Part shown: positions 1-7,898 of the stretch, one piece after another
How the letters are laid out: each line of letters starts with the position of its first letter
Numbering within the stretch: position 1 is the stretch's first letter
Assembly: GCA_046497485.1 (NCBI GenBank)
Contig: JAWOFP010000036.1
Coordinates: 1-11,077 of the forward strand
Length of the DNA: 11,077 bases
Direction of reading: 5' to 3'
DNA from: Candidatus Nanohaloarchaea archaeon
GTDB taxonomy: Archaea; Nanohalarchaeota; Nanosalinia; Nanosalinales; Nanosalinaceae
Notes under the pieces: generated by a model
The model's database searches: none
What the model was told of the DNA's origin: nothing
Seen by the model: the letters and a program-made list of their open reading frames with translations, nothing else
Position numbers and translations under genes: made by a program

Positions 1-918
1 GAGCACAGTATAGAATTAAATGAGACAAATCTTCCAGTCAAGCAAATCAACTTTAGTTCAAGTGAAGAAGGAACATTCAATCTCTCCCGGACCTCAATAC
101 CTCACAACGGGACGATGGAATCAATTTTCCAGGCTGAGACAGACCTAGATAACTCCTTCAATCTAAGAGTCGAGGCCTCAAACCGTTGGATGGAAGAAAA
201 TAATTTTTCCGAGTCACAGATTTCTTTCTTCCGGTTTGAAGAAGGATGGATTGATTTGAATCCTGATAAGGAGAATAGAAGCAATTCCTTGTTAATGAGT
301 TCTGAACTGGAGTCATTCTCAGTTTTCGGAGTCGGAGTCGATCAGGCCTGTCACTCTATGGAACAAGTCTATGCGGTGGAGAACGGTTCCTGTCAAGCCT
401 ATGGTACTATTTGTCAGGCGCCGGATTCTGCTGAAGTTGTCGAAAGCTGTGAATCTGCAGAAAATGAGTCCAGAGAACAACAGGTTAGAGAAAGAATACA
501 GGAAGCAAGGGAAACTGGAGGAGATGAAGAAGATCTTAGACAGGCAGAAGCCGCACTTGCAGCAGGAAATATTGATGCGGCAGAAGAAATTGTAAACCAA
601 TCGAGCCAGACAGGCCTTCAACTTCCGGAACTTAAGGCGCCTCAAATGAATATAGGGATTTTAACAATGGTTTCTGGAGGGTTAATAGTTATCATAGCAG
701 GTATTGTAACTTCAGTTTATCTGCTTTACCCGGTTTACAGGGAGAAAATTTTGGTTAGAAGAATTAACAAGCTTACTCTCAAGATTAAGCAAAAAGCCCA
801 GAAAGGCGAGAATATAGAGCAGCTGGCCAGAATGGTGCTCCGAGCAGATGAAGCATTAATCGAAGGGAATTACGATGAGGCAGGGAAGATAATAGATGAT
901 GCGGAAAGGATTAACTAG
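1..918 (+). CDS. Membrane-anchored surface protein, 5'-truncated: PGF-pre-PGF-like domain, 4-Cys module, helical repeat, TM helix and cytoplasmic tail
   Basis: Frame 1 is open from base 1 (EHSIELNETNLPVKQINF...) into the listed 115..918 ORF, so the true start probably lies upstream of the window. The segment 'RVEASNRWMEENNFSESQISFFRFEEGWIDL...SELESFSVFGVGV' resembles the PGF-pre-PGF domain pattern (W..n, r...W..L, terminal FS.F.[IV]), recognised by eye. Cys at aa 79/93/100/112 of the listed ORF. Hydrophobic helix IGILTMVSGGLIVIIAGIVTSVYLLYPVY (about nt 652-738) is followed by a basic stretch (REK..RRINK..KIKQK), fitting the positive-inside rule. Confidence 0.75.
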   Translation, partial: EHSIELNETNLPVKQINFSSSEEGTFNLSRTSIPHNGTMESIFQAETDLDNSFNLRVEASNRWMEENNFSESQISFFRFEEGWIDLNPDKENRSNSLLMSSELESFSVFGVGVDQACHSMEQVYAVENGSCQAYGTICQAPDSAEVVESCESAENESREQQVRERIQEARETGGDEEDLRQAEAALAAGNIDAAEEIVNQSSQTGLQLPELKAPQMNIGILTMVSGGLIVIIAGIVTSVYLLYPVYREKILVRRINKLTLKIKQKAQKGENIEQLARMVLRADEALIEGNYDEAGKIIDDAERIN

Positions 919-930
919 CTAAGGCCTAGA

Positions 931-965
931 TTTATATTCTAATTTTTCCTTAATAGTTTTTAGGT
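931..965 (+). promoter_or_regulatory. Possible TATA box (TTTATA 931-936) and weak SD-like AGGT (962-965) upstream of the TTG start at 973
   Basis: AT-rich 54-bp spacer. TTTATA lies about 40 bp before the start codon. The T-tracts in the spacer could alternatively terminate the upstream gene. Confidence 0.35.
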
Positions 966-972
966 AGTAAAA

Positions 973-2598
973 TTGCTTGAAAATTATGAGATAGACTTGA
1001 AGTTGCTAGCTATTTGGTTAGCAGCGGGTTCTGGTATTGTTATGCTAGGATATCTACTGTTTCAATCTTCTGATTTAGAAGAAGAGGTTCTAAAAATTGA
1101 GGTCTCAGATGAGAATCCAGAACCAGGCCGGGATATAGATATACGGATTTTAGAGAATGATGATATAGTTGAGGCCTCTATTTTGAGAATTAATGGCGAG
1201 GAATACAGTCAGGTCTCTAATTTTACCTATACTGCGCCTGAAAATACTGAAAGAATAGTGCTGGAAGCGGAGTATCAAGGACTAACAGCAAGAAAGGTCA
1301 TCGAAGTAAAAGATAACTTGAAAGGATCTAATGAAGATTCAGGTAGCTCGGATAATGATTCTTCTGGCTCAAATAATCAATCTGAAGAATCAGAAACTGA
1401 CTCGAGCACTGATGAATCTTCACAGGATTCAGAATCAGATCAGGATCAAAATTCTGGTGATGAAAGCGGATCGGAAGATACAGAAGAAGATGTATCCGAT
1501 GATTTCGATCAGCAGAACTATGAAGTTGTTCTTTACAATCCAAAGGGTGATAGAAAATTTGAAACCAGTGACCAGGCCTTGGTAAACTTCAGCTTTGAAA
1601 TTCCCGACAATTCCGCTTACAGGCTGAGAATCGATAACAATCTCTACAGCAGCGGAGAAGCTGGAGGAGAAGTTAATTTAATTGAACCGCTCGCTCCTGG
1701 TAAGTATGAGTGGTTCGTGAGAGGGATAAAAGATCAGCAGATCTTTGATTCAGAGATTAGAGAGTTTGAAGTAAAGGAACAGGCCTCGGTAAATATCGAG
1801 TCTTCAAACTTAGATGGATATGTTCTGGATATGTCTTTCAGTTTAGAGAATGCTGAAGAATATAGAGTTCTGGTCAACTCAGAAACAGTCGATGAAGGTT
1901 CAACAAGTTTCAGAGATTCTTTCAGTCACAAGTTTGATTCAGCAGGAACTCACGATGTCGAGATTCAGGCATTGAGTAATGGGGCAGTATCCAGTTCTGT
2001 TACAAGATCTTTCAGTTCTGAAGCTCCTCCAAATGCACAGATTAACTGGGTAAAACCAACTTCTCCTGCCGATACCACGACACCTGAGACAGAGTTTGAA
2101 GTCGACACAGATGCAGAATACGATTTAGTATATACAATTAATGAAGGTGCGTCAGCGACAGACTACAGTTACTGGGAGGCCTCAGGATCAGGCACTCAGA
2201 GCTTCAGCTTTACTCCGGATCCTTTACCTCAGGGAGAGCATGATTACAGTGTAACGGTCAGAGATGAACATGAAACAGTAATTGGAGAAAGTTCAGGTGC
2301 TTTTGAGACAACAGCTCAGAGGGACTTTCTACAGGTTAATGATAAAGAGTATCTATATGATTCTGGAGAAGATAGACATCTTATCAGACTTGATCTGAAG
2401 GCCTACGAGGATTTAAGCTATGATATCAGCATCAATGGATCTATAGTGGCTGAAGAGCCGATCTCTGGCACAAATGTTCAGACTTCCAGCGATCTAGGCA
2501 GTCTTCAGTCAGGTCAAAACTATAATGGAGAGATATTATTTGAATCAGATGAAAGCAGTCAAAACCTTACAGAAAATATTTCCTTTACAGCTCAATGA
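973..2598 (+). CDS. N-terminally membrane-anchored acidic surface protein with Ser/Asp/Glu linker and several Ig/Fn3-like beta-sandwich domains
   Basis: 541 aa, TTG start. N-terminal hydrophobic helix LLAIWLAAGSGIVMLGYLLF. Low-complexity linker at about nt 1321-1515. Repeated beta-sandwich signatures 'PGKYEWFVRG', 'AGTHDVEIQA', 'QGEHDYSVTVRD', 'GQNYNGEILF'. Several N-x-S/T sequons. Its stop overlaps the next start (ATGA 2595-2598). Confidence 0.8.
   Translation: MLENYEIDLKLLAIWLAAGSGIVMLGYLLFQSSDLEEEVLKIEVSDENPEPGRDIDIRILENDDIVEASILRINGEEYSQVSNFTYTAPENTERIVLEAEYQGLTARKVIEVKDNLKGSNEDSGSSDNDSSGSNNQSEESETDSSTDESSQDSESDQDQNSGDESGSEDTEEDVSDDFDQQNYEVVLYNPKGDRKFETSDQALVNFSFEIPDNSAYRLRIDNNLYSSGEAGGEVNLIEPLAPGKYEWFVRGIKDQQIFDSEIREFEVKEQASVNIESSNLDGYVLDMSFSLENAEEYRVLVNSETVDEGSTSFRDSFSHKFDSAGTHDVEIQALSNGAVSSSVTRSFSSEAPPNAQINWVKPTSPADTTTPETEFEVDTDAEYDLVYTINEGASATDYSYWEASGSGTQSFSFTPDPLPQGEHDYSVTVRDEHETVIGESSGAFETTAQRDFLQVNDKEYLYDSGEDRHLIRLDLKAYEDLSYDISINGSIVAEEPISGTNVQTSSDLGSLQSGQNYNGEILFESDESSQNLTENISFTAQ
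1321..1515 (+). repeat. Low-complexity Ser/Asp/Glu-rich linker inside the 973..2598 CDS
   Basis: Translation GSNEDSGSSDNDSSGSNNQSEESETDSSTDESSQDSESDQDQNSGDESGSEDTEEDVSDDFDQQ is almost devoid of hydrophobic residues. No exact nucleotide tandem unit is visible. Confidence 0.7.
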
Positions 2599-5500
2599 AT
2601 TTCAAGTTTTTGATTCTGGTACTAACTTTAGGTCTTATTTCTGGCATTGCAGCAGGCTTTGAAGGAGGTTCAGGGACTTCTGGAGATCCCTATCAGATTT
2701 CTACTTGTCAGCAGCTTCAAGATATAGAGCTTGATCTTTCTGCAACTTATGAACTTGTCGGAAATCTAAACTGTACAGAAACAAAAAACTGGAACTCTGA
2801 TAAAGGATTCAAGCCCGTAGGAAATTCTACTAATAGATTTACAGGAGTCTTTGATGGTAATAATTATGTGGTTAAAGGCCTGTTCATTGACAGGACTTCA
2901 GAATATTATACTGGGCTTTTTGGATATACAGAGGTTTCAACTATAGTAAAAAATCTGAATTTAGAAGATGCGACGGTTAGAGGGAGTGTTTCCACGGGAT
3001 TAGTTGCTGGTAGAAACGAAGGGAATCTACAAAATATTTCAATTTCTGGAGAAGTTTACGGTGCTAATGCTAATACTGGCGGACTTACTGGCCTAAATGA
3101 TGGTAATATATCGTTGAGCACTGTAAAAATTGCGCTGGAGTCGGATAGTTTTAGGGTAGGAGGTCTAACTGGATGGAATAGAGGTTCAGGGCGTATAGAG
3201 AACTCTAAGGTCTTTGGATCAATTTCTGGACAAGACAATGTGGGGGGTTTAGCAGGTACAAATAGCTTCAAAATAAATAATAGTACAAGTTATGTAAGCA
3301 TAGACGGACGCAATAGGGTTGGAGGCCTAGTTGGGTATACAGATGATTCTGAGGCAGATGTCTCACAGAGTTCTAGTGCCGGTACAGTGAATGGTTCTTC
3401 AGATATAGGGGGTTTGGTTGGTTACCACACTAACAGCAAGATAATGGAAAGTTATTCTACTAGCAATGTTAAGGGCGATACTAACGTAGGAGGCTTGATA
3501 GGGCTTTTATTTGCCGCTGATGTAAGCAATTCTTTCAGCACAGGTGAAGTGGCTGGCTCTTCATTAGTTGGAGGCTTAGTAGGAGAAAGAGATGATTCTT
3601 TGCCAGGAACCGTAAGTGACTCTTACTGGGATATTAATTCCTCAGGTCAATTTACAAGCACTGGCGGAACAGGCCTCACAACCAGCGAAATGATAGGCTC
3701 TGCAGCAAGCTCAAATATGGCGGGATTCGATTTTCAGGATACATGGAGCACACAGTCTTTCTACTATCCAAGACTTCAGTGGATGGAGCTTGGTTCGGGA
3801 ACAGAAGCTGATCCCTTCATAATTTATAACTGTAGAGAGCTTCAGGCCTTGAACAATAGTTGGGATGATCATTATCAACTGGCAAATGATATTGATTGTT
3901 CAGATACTGTTAACTGGGAGAGCGGAAAAGGTTTCTATCCTATAGCTAGAGATGCTGGGTTCTCTGACGGCTTTGGAGGATCATTAGATGGAGCGAACAG
4001 AAAGATTTCTGGTTTATACATAAATAGGTCTACAAACAGTCGAGTAGGCATGTTTGGAAAGATATACAGCGGCAATGTTCGAGAAGTTAAGATCGATTCA
4101 TTTAATATTTCGGGCTCTATACGCACAGGAACACTGTCGGCGGCAGTGGACGGAAGCTCTGTTATAACCAATATTTCTGTAAGGAACTCAGAAGTTAATG
4201 CTGTTGAAGAAGGCACAGGCACTTCTTCAGTAGGTGGAGTAATAGGAGATCTTGTCGGTGGCTCGGCAGAAAACATGCGTGTATACAATTCGGTTATTTA
4301 TGGAGGTCAGTCTGGTGTGGGCGGAGTAGTTGGAGTTAATGAAGGGTCGACCCATAATCTGAGCTCTTTCAGTAATGAAGTTGATGGAAGGGCGGGTGTA
4401 GGCGCTGTTTTTGGAGATGTTGAAGGCTTCGCCACAAACTCTTATGCAGACAATGCTTCAATAGTAGGAGAGTTCGATATTGGCGGTATATCCGGAGGAG
4501 CAGGATCATTCTCCAATTCAGAACTATCTAATGCCACTATAGAAAACAGCGAAATAATTCTCACAAGTAGTGACTCTGGAGGTGTTGTCGGAGGCGTCGG
4601 TTCTGACGCCGCAATCAGCGATGTTAGGTCTCTAAATAATACTATAGATTCTCAATGTGGATCATCTTGCACTGATGTAGGAGGTATTGTGGGGGAACTT
4701 TCGGGCGGAACAGTAAAGAATAGTTATTCTGCCAGTAATGAGTTTCTAGGTAGTTACAGTTTCACCAGAATAGGTATATTGGCTGGAAGATTATCTAGCA
4801 GTGCAGAATTAAATGATAGTTACTGGGATGATGATAAAGCAACAGTTTCTGGAGCAATAGGCCAAAACAGTGGTTCTTCCTCTAACTTAATTGGGTTGAC
4901 TACTTCAGAAATGCAGGGTTGTAACTCTGTCCAGAATATGGATCTTTTCGATTTCGAAAACACTTGGATCGCACAGTCTAATGATTACCCTGCTCTGAGA
5001 TTTTTCAGTTCTGAAGGCCTGAGCTGTGATGCAGTTAGTCTTCCGTTGACGCCTACTTTGCTTTTACCTTCTGATGGCGCAACTGAGGCGCCTGTTAAGA
5101 CTAATCTTTCTGTCACTGCAGAGGGTACAGGCCTTCAAAATATTACTTTCTATCAAAATAATTCAGGTACCGATACTGAAATCGGAACAGTTACAGATGT
5201 AAATGCTTCAAATAGCGAGATTGCACAGTTTGAATGGTCAGGCCTCAACACTACTACTGAGTATGATTGGTATGCGGTAGCTGAAAATTTGGATGGCTCT
5301 GCTACCAGTGATACTTGGAGCTTCACTACAGAAAAGAATCCATGGATTGAGAATCCGAGGCCTGATGGTTCTGTTGTTAGACCTAGTCCCGAGTTGAATC
5401 TGACGGTCTTGGATGATGTAGATAATCAGATTAATGTATCTGTCTATGATTCCGAGGATAATTTAATCGGTTCTGGAGCTGTAAACTCTGGGGATAGAGG

Positions 5501-7310
5501 TTCATTCAGTTTCAATAATGCTAATGAGATTGGTAAGATATATGAGTGGTATACAGTCTTAGAAACGGATTCAGGCCTTGAAATGAATTCAAGTGCTTCG
5601 AGTGAGTATCCTGATTACTGGAACTTTACAGTCGTTGATAACTTCTTTAGAATTAATTCGGCTTCTGAGTGGCTGGAAGGAGATTTCAATGGTTCTGCTG
5701 TCTGGAATGATTCTGATGTGATTCAGACCGGTTACTTATCAGGCGAGGATGAAACAAGTACTGGAGGTTATGAGACTCCAGGCCTAGACTCTTTGGTAGG
5801 TCAATGGAGGTTAAATGATGTACAGAGCTCCAATAATGTAGAGGATTATTCTGGTGTAAATAATCCTGGATCTGTTGAAGGCGGCGCATCCGTATCTCCA
5901 GGCCTGTTCAGCAGAGATGCTGTCTCTTTTGATGGCCAAGACGATTACATTGATATTCCGTACGCGGCTGATTACGATTTGGAGGCCTTCACGGTTTCTG
6001 TATGGTTTAAGACTTCAAGTCTGCCGGAAGAAATAGGGGTTATTTCCAACAAGCAAGTTGATTATAATAACCGGAACTGGTGGCTTGCTATTGATAATGG
6101 ACAGGGTGTGGCGGGTCAGGACGGAGGAGTTGCGTTGAGGACTTCCTCAAGCGGAGAAATAGTTACATTGAATGCTCAAAATGATTACAGAGATGGCGAA
6201 TGGCATCACGCTGTTGCGGTTATGGATCCTCAAAACAATGAGGCTGGTCTTTACATCGATGGAGTTCTTGAAGATAGTGAAACCCAGAATGTAGGCGCTC
6301 CAGATCTTCAGAGCTCTCCTATCTATCTGGGTATGGAGGTAGGTAGTAGTGACAGGTTCTTCGACGGACAGCTTTCAGATCATACGCTAATCGATAAGCC
6401 GTTAAACGCCTCTGAGGTCAGACAGCTTTACTTTAACGGAAACCTGGATTATAAGGCCTCATACACCAGTAAAACAGTAACAGAGCTCGGAGTACAAGAG
6501 TGGAAATCCTTGAATATTTCAGGAGTCTCAGTACCTGATAATACAAGTATTAATGTGACTGTTGAGGCCTCAAATGACTTTAATCAAGAGGGGGATGATT
6601 CTCAAACATTTGAGCTTGACGGAGATCTAAATCAGGCCTTGAACTTACCTGACACCAAGGAAGTTAGAATTATTTTCGAAGGAGACTCCCAAGAGGAAGA
6701 GAAATCCTGGAATATTGATGATGTTATACTGGTTTACGGTGATTCAAGTAGTACGGGCATTAATGCAGAAATTAACTCTGTCTTCGGAGACCGGGTAAAT
6801 ATGAACAATGGTTCTGCGGATATCGGAAGAACTGATTTAGAGTTCGAGCCTTGGAATCCTGCGCAAGGGGTTATGGAGGTTGTAAATGTCGATGTCGATG
6901 GTGTTCAGGCAGCTAGTTTTAACGATGTTCCAAGCAATTCAACTAGAAGCGTTGATATCTCAACTCTAGGCCTCTCTGAGGACCAGGTTTACACTTGGAG
7001 CGTCTCTGTCGAGGAAGCAGGATTAGAGGTTGGATCAATTAACGGAGAATTTTCCACTCACACAGTTGATATTGAGGCAGTTCCTCAGGATGACTCACAT
7101 GATTCAATTAATCTTTACTACTCTGAAGACGGAACCTCTTTCAAAAGGCTTGACTCGTTCAGCACTTCCGATAGCTCTCCATTAACAGTTAAGGCCGCAA
7201 ACTCTGAACTCTTCAACTTGGGCAATCATTGTTATACTGCAGCAACTTCCAGATCAGGCCTCGAAAGTAGTCAAAGCCCTGGAGTATGTATTGGGGGAGA
7301 TATTCCTTGA
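2595..7310 (+). CDS. Large secreted adhesin-like glycoprotein: signal peptide, two GLUG-repeat domains, two Fn3-like domains, LamG (ConA-like) domain and C-terminal beta-sandwich domains
   Basis: 1571 aa. Sec-type signal MNFKFLILVLTLGLISGIAAG. Two domains each open with GSGT..DP[YF].I..C..LQ and carry many VGGLVG/VGGIVG (GLUG-type) motifs (about 2658-3782 and 3783-5006). Fn3-like modules ending 'YDWYAVA...WSFTT' and 'YEWYTV...WNFTV' (about 5043-5634). LamG hallmarks 'LVGQWRLND', 'FDGQDDYI', 'FTVSVWFK', 'DGEWHHAVAV', 'LYIDG', 'FFDGQL', 'EVRQLY' (about 5793-6434). Many N-x-S/T sequons. No C-terminal TM helix. Confidence 0.9.
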   Translation: MNFKFLILVLTLGLISGIAAGFEGGSGTSGDPYQISTCQQLQDIELDLSATYELVGNLNCTETKNWNSDKGFKPVGNSTNRFTGVFDGNNYVVKGLFIDRTSEYYTGLFGYTEVSTIVKNLNLEDATVRGSVSTGLVAGRNEGNLQNISISGEVYGANANTGGLTGLNDGNISLSTVKIALESDSFRVGGLTGWNRGSGRIENSKVFGSISGQDNVGGLAGTNSFKINNSTSYVSIDGRNRVGGLVGYTDDSEADVSQSSSAGTVNGSSDIGGLVGYHTNSKIMESYSTSNVKGDTNVGGLIGLLFAADVSNSFSTGEVAGSSLVGGLVGERDDSLPGTVSDSYWDINSSGQFTSTGGTGLTTSEMIGSAASSNMAGFDFQDTWSTQSFYYPRLQWMELGSGTEADPFIIYNCRELQALNNSWDDHYQLANDIDCSDTVNWESGKGFYPIARDAGFSDGFGGSLDGANRKISGLYINRSTNSRVGMFGKIYSGNVREVKIDSFNISGSIRTGTLSAAVDGSSVITNISVRNSEVNAVEEGTGTSSVGGVIGDLVGGSAENMRVYNSVIYGGQSGVGGVVGVNEGSTHNLSSFSNEVDGRAGVGAVFGDVEGFATNSYADNASIVGEFDIGGISGGAGSFSNSELSNATIENSEIILTSSDSGGVVGGVGSDAAISDVRSLNNTIDSQCGSSCTDVGGIVGELSGGTVKNSYSASNEFLGSYSFTRIGILAGRLSSSAELNDSYWDDDKATVSGAIGQNSGSSSNLIGLTTSEMQGCNSVQNMDLFDFENTWIAQSNDYPALRFFSSEGLSCDAVSLPLTPTLLLPSDGATEAPVKTNLSVTAEGTGLQNITFYQNNSGTDTEIGTVTDVNASNSEIAQFEWSGLNTTTEYDWYAVAENLDGSATSDTWSFTTEKNPWIENPRPDGSVVRPSPELNLTVLDDVDNQINVSVYDSEDNLIGSGAVNSGDRGSFSFNNANEIGKIYEWYTVLETDSGLEMNSSASSEYPDYWNFTVVDNFFRINSASEWLEGDFNGSAVWNDSDVIQTGYLSGEDETSTGGYETPGLDSLVGQWRLNDVQSSNNVEDYSGVNNPGSVEGGASVSPGLFSRDAVSFDGQDDYIDIPYAADYDLEAFTVSVWFKTSSLPEEIGVISNKQVDYNNRNWWLAIDNGQGVAGQDGGVALRTSSSGEIVTLNAQNDYRDGEWHHAVAVMDPQNNEAGLYIDGVLEDSETQNVGAPDLQSSPIYLGMEVGSSDRFFDGQLSDHTLIDKPLNASEVRQLYFNGNLDYKASYTSKTVTELGVQEWKSLNISGVSVPDNTSINVTVEASNDFNQEGDDSQTFELDGDLNQALNLPDTKEVRIIFEGDSQEEEKSWNIDDVILVYGDSSSTGINAEINSVFGDRVNMNNGSADIGRTDLEFEPWNPAQGVMEVVNVDVDGVQAASFNDVPSNSTRSVDISTLGLSEDQVYTWSVSVEEAGLEVGSINGEFSTHTVDIEAVPQDDSHDSINLYYSEDGTSFKRLDSFSTSDSSPLTVKAANSELFNLGNHCYTAATSRSGLESSQSPGVCIGGDIP
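2658..5006 (+). repeat. Intragenic tandem duplication of a ~380-400 aa GLUG-repeat domain
   Basis: Copy 1: GSGTSGDPYQISTCQQLQ...LNCTETKNWNSDKGFKPV...DSYWD...GLTTSEM...FDFQDTW...YPRL. Copy 2: GSGTEADPFIIYNCRELQ...IDCSDTVNWESGKGFYPI...DSYWD...GLTTSEM...FDFENTW...YPAL. Confidence 0.85.
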
Positions 7311-7786
7311 ATAGAAAAGCTCAGTCCGCAGTCGAATACCTGACAACTTATGGTTGGATGATATTGGTAGTAAGTATAGTTTCAAGCGTAGCTTATACTG
7401 TGATAGATACTGGGTGCAGAGAAGAAGTCTCAGGCTTTGTCGGCCAGGAGCCTTCAATAGCTCAGTTTGGAACAGGAGAGGACTTTCTAGGTTTAGGCCT
7501 AGAAAATGCCCGTACAGAGGTAATATTTGTTGACACAATAACGGTGACAGATGTTGATACGGGAGGTAATACTACCGTCAGTATTAATCAGAGTATAAAT
7601 CCTGGAGGCCTAGATCAGGTTTCGCTTCCGATGACAGAAGGAGGATGTAATACCTATGATTTCAGCATTAATTTCAATATTTCGACTTTACCGGATGAGT
7701 ATTCATCGGGCAGAATAACGGTTGAAGGAGATTTAGTGGATGTTTCTCCGCCTCCAAGTCTTCAGAGTTTCACCGCGAACTACTGA
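7307..7786 (+). CDS. Type IV pilin-like protein with archaeal class III signal peptide
   Basis: Likely start is TTG 7307, in frame with the listed 7286 ORF. It overlaps the upstream TGA (TTGA) and has GGGGAG about 8 nt upstream. N-terminus NRKA|QSAVEYLTTYGWMILVVSIVSSVAY fits the PibD/FlaK cleavage pattern [KR][GA]|Q with Glu at +5 and a hydrophobic helix. Two Cys (DTGC, EGGC) could form a disulfide. Confidence 0.85.
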   Translation: MNRKAQSAVEYLTTYGWMILVVSIVSSVAYTVIDTGCREEVSGFVGQEPSIAQFGTGEDFLGLGLENARTEVIFVDTITVTDVDTGGNTTVSINQSINPGGLDQVSLPMTEGGCNTYDFSINFNISTLPDEYSSGRITVEGDLVDVSPPPSLQSFTANY

Positions 7787-7802
7787 TACCCGCTTCCTCC
7801 TA

Positions 7803-7810
7803 TTTATAAA
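7803..7810 (+). promoter_or_regulatory. Archaeal TATA box of the rpl3 operon
   Basis: TTTATAAA at 7803-7810 is consensus-like. It predicts a transcription start near 7832-7835, immediately before the structured leader. Confidence 0.6.
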
Positions 7811-7833
7811 ATTTGCCTTCGATTTGTTTCTTA

Positions 7834-7898
7834 CCCGTTAAACATCAGTTGTTTCTACGGGATTCACGCCTTTCATACGAAAGGCCTCTGAGGTGAAT
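7834..7898 (+). promoter_or_regulatory. Structured 5' leader (two adjacent hairpins) containing the rpl3 Shine-Dalgarno GAGGTGA (7890-7896)
   Basis: Hairpin 1: CCCGT(7834-38)/ACGGG(7857-61) plus AAACA(7840-44)/TGTTT(7850-54). Hairpin 2: ATTCAC(7862-67)/GTGAAT(7893-98) plus GCCTTTC(7868-74)/GAAAGGC(7879-85), with an ATAC loop. Confidence 0.6.

Noticed and set aside
115..117. ATG 115 as the start of the first gene
   Set aside because: The frame is open to base 1 with similar composition, and no signal peptide follows ATG 115 although the domain looks extracellular.
915..929. CTAG-N7-CTAG inverted repeat after the first gene's stop codon
   Set aside because: Only a 4-bp stem, too weak to call a terminator, and partly explained by the embedded AGGCCT site.
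3060..3600. Periodic GTxGGxGGxyT nucleotide repeats as a CRISPR array or DNA tandem repeat
   Set aside because: They are degenerate at third codon positions and simply encode the VGGLxG protein repeats. There are no identical 25-40 bp direct repeats.
7286..7306. ATG 7286 as the start of the pilin gene
   Set aside because: TTG 7307 gives a typical short class III leader (MNRKA), a 4-nt overlap with the upstream stop, and a GGGGAG SD at suitable spacing.
7862..7898. Hairpin 2 as a kink-turn, tRNA fragment or terminator
   Set aside because: The bulge contains UGA but the opposite strand lacks the matching GA for tandem G-A pairs. There is no cloverleaf. It lies downstream of a TATA box, includes the SD and has no following U-tract.
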